Shown: positions 59,074 through 64,000 of the stretch, piece by piece
Layout: the number at the start of each line of letters is the position of its first letter
How positions within the stretch are numbered: the stretch's first letter is position 1
IMG/VR virus record: IMGVR_UViG_3300042505_000794
Span: 1-64,000 of that record
From: a virus
Length of the DNA: 64,000 nt
Strand: one strand, 5' to 3'
Translations under genes and position numbers: made by a program
Notes under the pieces: model-generated
Told to the model about the DNA's origin: nothing
The model's input: the letters and a program-made list of their open reading frames with translations, nothing else
Database searches by the model: none

Positions 59074-60570
59074 TGCGATGAGTTTGCGTTCGTTGAGCCA
59101 AATATAGCTGAAGATTTTTGGACCTCAATTTCTCCTACATTATCAACAGGTGGTAGTTGTATTATTGCTAGTACACCAAATGGTGATGATAATAAATTTG
59201 CTGAATTATGGAGAGGAGCTAACCTTAATAATAATGGGTTTGTTCCGTTCTTTGTGCAGTGGGATACTGTACCAGGTCGGGACGAAACATATAAACAACA
59301 AGAGATTGGTAAAATCGGACTTCAAAAATGGGAACAAGAATATGAATGTTTGCGTGGTGATAGTTTAGTTAATTTATTAATCGATAACAAAGAACGTATT
59401 GTTACAATTGAAAAATTACATCAGTTGTCAGCAGTAAACCACCATAACTATTTACACAAAAACACGTTAGATTATAAAATTAAAACACCTAATGGGTGGG
59501 AATCTTTTGCAGGTGTAGCTTTAATGGGTACAAAACCCGTCAAAGTTTTAACATTCGATGATGGTACCAATATTAGCGGTACAGATAATCATATTTTATT
59601 TACTTCAGATAATGTAGAAATTCTTTTAAAAGATGTAGCAATCGGTACTACATTACGTGGTAAATCTAATAAGACGGTTGTAAATATTTCCAACGGTGAG
59701 ATAGAAAAAGTGTATGATGTTATTGAAACAGAATCTCATACGTTTTATGCTAATGATATTTTATCTCATAATTGTAAGTTTATTTCTTCTGATCCATTAT
59801 TGTTTAGTTCTACGTACATAACAAACTATTATTGCGATACTAAGGCTGAACCAGATGCAAGAGATATAACCTGGTTCGATAAAATTACACCTGGTATGAG
59901 TTATGTAATAGCTATTGACCCAGCATCAGGTACAGGATCAGATTACACTGTTATGATTGTATACAGTTTTCCTGAATTAAATCAAATTGCTCAGTTTAGG
60001 TCAAATACCACATCTACACCTTTAGTGTACAACACATTTAAACACATCTTGCGTACTATTCAAGCAGGTGGTGCAGAAAATTGCTATTGGAGTTTTGAAA
60101 ATAATGGTATAGGTGAAGGTTTGATTAGTATGTATGAATCAGATGAAAAACCTATTGAGTTCGGTGATCTAATTTCTGAACCTGGTAAACGACGCATCGG
60201 GTTCTTTACTGGTAAAAATAAAACTAATGTTTGTTTGCTGTTCAAACAGATATTCGAATCAGGTAAAATGACGATTAAATCACCTACAGTTATTTCTGAG
60301 ATGAAAAATTTTGTTAGACGTAGTGGATCTTTTTCTGCTCGTACCGGTAGTAACGATGATACAATATCTGCTCATCTTATTCTCGTTCGTATGTTACAAG
60401 AGTTAGTACAATATGAAGAACGTGCATACGATGTTGTGTTCCAACATAAAGAAGGTGAAGATATCTTTAACGATGATGATTATGACGATTATGAACCACC
60501 TTTACCTGTGTTTGGTAACAATGGTGGACATGACATTAATTTTGATCAGTTTTTTACTGATGGTTGGTAA
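58744..60570 (+). CDS. Terminase large subunit C-fragment (IntC, Walker B/coupling region, cis mini-intein, nuclease domain)
   Basis: ATG 58744 overlaps the HNH stop (ATGA) after GGAAGG; CDEFAFV, ASTPNG, AIDPASGTGSDY, FENNGIG, NDDTISA. Confidence 0.92.
   Translation: MNVKQNTEWEILTPDGFKDFNGISKTYKKLQKIYIQGHDPIWASKKHYFYVGGRKTRVSDLKKSGYIDSVEGPKRYRKTTVFEKQHAYDIIEVKQENHQYLVNGCFTTKNCDEFAFVEPNIAEDFWTSISPTLSTGGSCIIASTPNGDDNKFAELWRGANLNNNGFVPFFVQWDTVPGRDETYKQQEIGKIGLQKWEQEYECLRGDSLVNLLIDNKERIVTIEKLHQLSAVNHHNYLHKNTLDYKIKTPNGWESFAGVALMGTKPVKVLTFDDGTNISGTDNHILFTSDNVEILLKDVAIGTTLRGKSNKTVVNISNGEIEKVYDVIETESHTFYANDILSHNCKFISSDPLLFSSTYITNYYCDTKAEPDARDITWFDKITPGMSYVIAIDPASGTGSDYTVMIVYSFPELNQIAQFRSNTTSTPLVYNTFKHILRTIQAGGAENCYWSFENNGIGEGLISMYESDEKPIEFGDLISEPGKRRIGFFTGKNKTNVCLLFKQIFESGKMTIKSPTVISEMKNFVRRSGSFSARTGSNDDTISAHLILVRMLQELVQYEERAYDVVFQHKEGEDIFNDDDYDDYEPPLPVFGNNGGHDINFDQFFTDGW
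59347..59772 (+). mobile_element. Contiguous mini-intein (142 aa, no endonuclease)
   Basis: QEYE/CLRGDSLV...TDNH...VYDVIETESHTFYANDILSHN/CKF. Confidence 0.92.
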
Positions 60571-60574
60571 CTGG

Positions 60575-60603
60575 TTGATTTATATAGTTATTTATAATAT
60601 ACT
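60575..60603 (+). promoter_or_regulatory. sigma70-like promoter
   Basis: TTGATT-17 nt-TATACT, then GGAGG RBS. Confidence 0.55.
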
Positions 60604-60625
60604 ATAATAAAAACGGAGGATTATT

Positions 60626-62218
60626 ATGGACTTAAAGACACAAGCATTAGTATCGAATAAATCACAAACGATCAAAGTTATTGATTTATTCGATTTAACC
60701 AACACCAACAAATATATCGTATTAAATGTATACGGGTATGCGAGCGGTTCTACAAGTGGGATATTATACGCTAGCAATAAGGTGGTACCGTATGCAAAGC
60801 TATATTCAAATGTTTTAAGTAAAACAATTATTTTTGAATTAACAAACGGTGAATACGTTAATAGTGTGCACGGTAAGTTAACTGATGTTAAGTTTAAAAC
60901 ATCTGCTACAACGAATGCGTTAAACGTTATTACTATGGGTACAGTTAGCTCAATTGACCCAAGTTATTATTCCGATAACGTTATTGGAAACATTCAAACG
61001 TTAGTTAATAAAATACTACCTACTGAGTATAGCGCAGCAATATTGACATCACCTACTGTACTCGAAACATCAGTAAAAAACTTAATTGATGTTGCTAAGT
61101 CGTATGTAGGCTTAAGTTGGGATGTTCAAAAACCATGGGCTCTAATTGAAACGATGGCTGCTAAAATAGGAACATCTTTGCCTATTGCTAGTATAGGTCA
61201 TACAAATGACGCCATATCAAACGGTAACTGGGTTTTAGAATATAACGGAAACAAACCCTTTGGTGATTGGAAGCAAATGTTAGATCCAGGTGATATTGTC
61301 ATGATGACATCACCAGACAGGTTAACCGATACTGTAGCTGTTGTAACCGGTGGGAAAAACGAAACAGCTTTAGTTATAGATACAGCTGTAAATTCAAAAA
61401 ACTTAACAAAAAATATTGTAAAAATATTACCCGAACATTTACTATCTTCTGAAGATGTGTATAGTAAAACTGATCAATATCATGTGTTTATATATACATT
61501 AAAAAATTCAGCGTATACATCACCTACTAATACATCAACCGTTATTAATACCACATCGAATTATAACACACCATCGACCCCGTATAAAATAAGCGGTTCT
61601 TACACTGATGCATACGTTACACCGGTAAATGACTTAACCTTTGGTATAAATCAAGTATTCAAAGTTGTATTACCTAAAATATTTACACCTGTATCTAAAA
61701 CAGGTAGTATAACTACAGGTAACAGCTACCAGTCAATATCTCAAGCAGTGATTAATTTACCATCATGGGCAAAGTACGATCCATATACTGGAGCGCTAAC
61801 AGGTAAAACACCAGGTGCACCAACTCAAGCTCACTTATCTGTTGTAGGGACTCTGGGTAACCAAAAATATACAGATTTCCTTGATATTAATGTTACAAAA
61901 AACTTAACGGTTAATATTAGTGATACTATTTGGACAGCAGGATATAATCATACACTACAAGTAAATACCGGACTAAAAACACCATATTTTATGTCATATA
62001 ACGGTAAGTCAAACCTAACATGGTTACATATCAACAAAACAACCGGTGAAATATCAGGAATCCCACCGTTATCCCAAATAGGTCAATCATTTGACGTTAC
62101 TGTATATCAAAAAGCTTCAGCGCAATCAGCACAATCATATACCGATAGTTTTACGTTAAGTATTTCAAATCCTATTAATTTAGTTGGGTCACCGTTAAAC
62201 GTAGATTATTATCCATGA
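60626..62218 (+). CDS. Protein with two putative Ig (He_PIG-like) domains
   Basis: NLPSWAKYDPYTGALTGKTP and LTWLHINKTTGEISGIP motifs; Thr/Ser linker. Confidence 0.6.
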   Translation: MDLKTQALVSNKSQTIKVIDLFDLTNTNKYIVLNVYGYASGSTSGILYASNKVVPYAKLYSNVLSKTIIFELTNGEYVNSVHGKLTDVKFKTSATTNALNVITMGTVSSIDPSYYSDNVIGNIQTLVNKILPTEYSAAILTSPTVLETSVKNLIDVAKSYVGLSWDVQKPWALIETMAAKIGTSLPIASIGHTNDAISNGNWVLEYNGNKPFGDWKQMLDPGDIVMMTSPDRLTDTVAVVTGGKNETALVIDTAVNSKNLTKNIVKILPEHLLSSEDVYSKTDQYHVFIYTLKNSAYTSPTNTSTVINTTSNYNTPSTPYKISGSYTDAYVTPVNDLTFGINQVFKVVLPKIFTPVSKTGSITTGNSYQSISQAVINLPSWAKYDPYTGALTGKTPGAPTQAHLSVVGTLGNQKYTDFLDINVTKNLTVNISDTIWTAGYNHTLQVNTGLKTPYFMSYNGKSNLTWLHINKTTGEISGIPPLSQIGQSFDVTVYQKASAQSAQSYTDSFTLSISNPINLVGSPLNVDYYP

Positions 62219-62265
62219 GGTAATACATAAATAACGATGTATTCACATTTTAATGAGTGTAATAA

Positions 62266-63228
62266 ATGTCCGCTACATCGTTTAAAATTCATTTTTCTGA
62301 TAGTGTTGTTTCAAAAAAGAAAAATATAACCATATCTCCAAATTCTGTTGATGCATCTTCTACCTCATTGGTGTTGTATGGTCCAGGAGCAAGCAATTAT
62401 GCAGAAGATTTATGGTCTAATATGCTCCATTTAATGGAGCATTTTTGTTCACCTATCAAACCTCTGAGCCCAACTGAAGGTCAGTTGTGGTATAACCCTG
62501 TCGATAAGACCTTAAAAATATATTCAACATCTAATACGGATTACGCTTGGTATGATTTATTCATAAACAATCCAACGAGTAAAAGTCCTAAGATGCAATT
62601 GGATCCAGAATCATTAAAAATTCTTGAAGGTATGCTAAAAAAATCCGGCGGTACAATGACCGGTATGTTATACTTAGTTCCTGAAGAATTTAATAGTGAT
62701 GGAACACCAATTTCATCAGCGGACGCTGATCCAAACGCTGCTGTTACGCGCCGTTACGTAGATGGAGCGATTTTAAAAGCATTTTTAGAACGTGGCACAT
62801 TTGCAAGTGGTAATTCCGGAAGCGGTGAGCAGTCATACAGCATTATTGGTAATGTTGCAACTGTAGCTGGTATATCTAATAAGAGTGACATTAAAACGAC
62901 AAAATTATACTATACTAGCGGTACCCAGTACGGTAACATATTTACATACGATGTTGATCTTCCTGATGCAGTTAAACCGTATAGTCTTGATAGTGATGGT
63001 TCACCAAGATATACAGTAAACGCATCGTGTGAATTATTCTATAATGATCCAGTTTATAATGGGTATCTACGAGATAACAAGTCCGCTTACCCTGTCGAAG
63101 TTATTAATAGAACTCATAGCAAATTTACGTTAAAAGCTACCGTTGGATTAATTTTTGACGATGATGCAATAAATAGACTAATATCAGTTTCAAGTTTCAA
63201 ATATACAGTCGTCGGAACTAAGCAATAG
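62266..63228 (+). CDS. Baseplate/tail-fibre-associated structural protein
   Basis: SLVLYG....YAE.LW.NM.HLMEHFCS...P..PTEGQLWYN N-terminal module; GGTMTG; AVTRRYVD; TAAATA at 62228. Confidence 0.65.
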   Translation: MSATSFKIHFSDSVVSKKKNITISPNSVDASSTSLVLYGPGASNYAEDLWSNMLHLMEHFCSPIKPLSPTEGQLWYNPVDKTLKIYSTSNTDYAWYDLFINNPTSKSPKMQLDPESLKILEGMLKKSGGTMTGMLYLVPEEFNSDGTPISSADADPNAAVTRRYVDGAILKAFLERGTFASGNSGSGEQSYSIIGNVATVAGISNKSDIKTTKLYYTSGTQYGNIFTYDVDLPDAVKPYSLDSDGSPRYTVNASCELFYNDPVYNGYLRDNKSAYPVEVINRTHSKFTLKATVGLIFDDDAINRLISVSSFKYTVVGTKQ

Positions 63229-63237
63229 AGGAATCAA

Positions 63238-64000
63238 GTGAATACAACTTACAATATAAATTTTTCCGATGTATCTATAGCAGGAAAAACAACATTACAA
63301 TTATTACCAAACCAAAAAGACGATACATCAACGTCGTTGATACTACATGGTTACGGTTCACTACAGTACGGTGAACATTTATGGGAGAACATGGTCCATT
63401 TAATGGAACATTTTTGCTCACGTAATATTGAACCAACAAAACCAACTGAAGGTCAGTTGTGGTACAACGCAGCTAATAAATCGTTAAATTTACGCACAAT
63501 AGGTTCAGATGGTGTACCAGCTTGGGTTAATATTATACCTAATTATGGTTTTGATGCTACTGCAGGAACGTTAGCCGATGATAGTGTACCAACTATATCA
63601 ACTATCAAAAATGTATTATTGCAAGATTATGTTAAAACCTCTGACGGCGATTACACTCTATCAGGGACTTTAACTTTAAACGATTCTACATCTAACTATA
63701 CTGTATCATCAATTGGTGCTATACCTAATGCCACCACAACAACCAACAGGTTTAATGCAGCATCGAGATATTATGTAGATAATAAAGCTGCTCAGCTAGT
63801 AGCGGCAGCTATTGCATCGGTGACCCCTTCATCGGTACCTGGCGTAACAGCTAAATCGGTTGCAGATGTACTTAAAAAATCAAATGACCCAACATTAGTT
63901 CCGTTTTTAGCACGGTCTGGTGACGCTGGTTGGCGCACAATGACTGACTCATTGATATTGAGATCAATGACGAAAGACACTATAAACGTTAATATAGATG
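63238..64000 (+). CDS. Paralog of the preceding structural protein (runs off window edge)
   Basis: Absent from ORF track. GTG at 63238 after GAGGA; SLILHGYGSLQYGEHLWENMVHLMEHFCS...PTEGQLWYN. Confidence 0.7.
   Translation, partial: MNTTYNINFSDVSIAGKTTLQLLPNQKDDTSTSLILHGYGSLQYGEHLWENMVHLMEHFCSRNIEPTKPTEGQLWYNAANKSLNLRTIGSDGVPAWVNIIPNYGFDATAGTLADDSVPTISTIKNVLLQDYVKTSDGDYTLSGTLTLNDSTSNYTVSSIGAIPNATTTTNRFNAASRYYVDNKAAQLVAAAIASVTPSSVPGVTAKSVADVLKKSNDPTLVPFLARSGDAGWRTMTDSLILRSMTKDTINVNID

Noticed and set aside
56971-60570. terL as a pseudogene
   Set aside because: All ATPase and nuclease motifs and the splice-junction residues (C1, terminal N, +1 C) are intact.
1-64000. Stop-codon reassignment
   Set aside because: Core genes are full length in the standard code, and TAA, TAG and TGA all occur at plausible gene ends.

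Overview
AT-rich segment of a large T4-related (jumbo-type) myovirus genome, read in the standard genetic code. It carries a rearranged morphogenesis module with genes on both strands: gp5-like spike, tape-measure-like protein, gp67, gp21, gp22, gp23, gp13/14/15, gp18, gp19, gp4, gp16 and gp17. It also has an ~18 kb cluster of paralogous fibre genes, including a 2822-aa protein, and an early replication/accessory island (topoisomerase II gp39/60 and gp52, gp62-like clamp loader subunit, NADAR, Sir2, nucleotidyltransferase, metallophosphoesterase). Most structural genes are preceded by T4-like late promoters, (TA)TAAATA, and the accessory genes by sigma70-like promoters. The clearest unusual system is the fractured terminase large subunit. 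An atypically split intein (30-aa IntN, 110-aa IntC) sits inside the Walker B motif, and a free-standing HNH endonuclease gene with six C-terminal repeats lies between its halves. A second, contiguous mini-intein follows 91 codons downstream, so mature TerL would need one trans and one cis splicing event. Other notable items: a late caspase-family protease after the capsid gene, a membrane/coiled-coil cassette with a structured intergenic region, candidate head-packaged enzymes, an RBS-masking hairpin overlapping a late promoter, a dispersed ~95-bp non-coding element, and small ORFs missed by the ORF track. No tRNA, rRNA or CRISPR array was seen. All assignments rest on motif recognition; no database searches were run.
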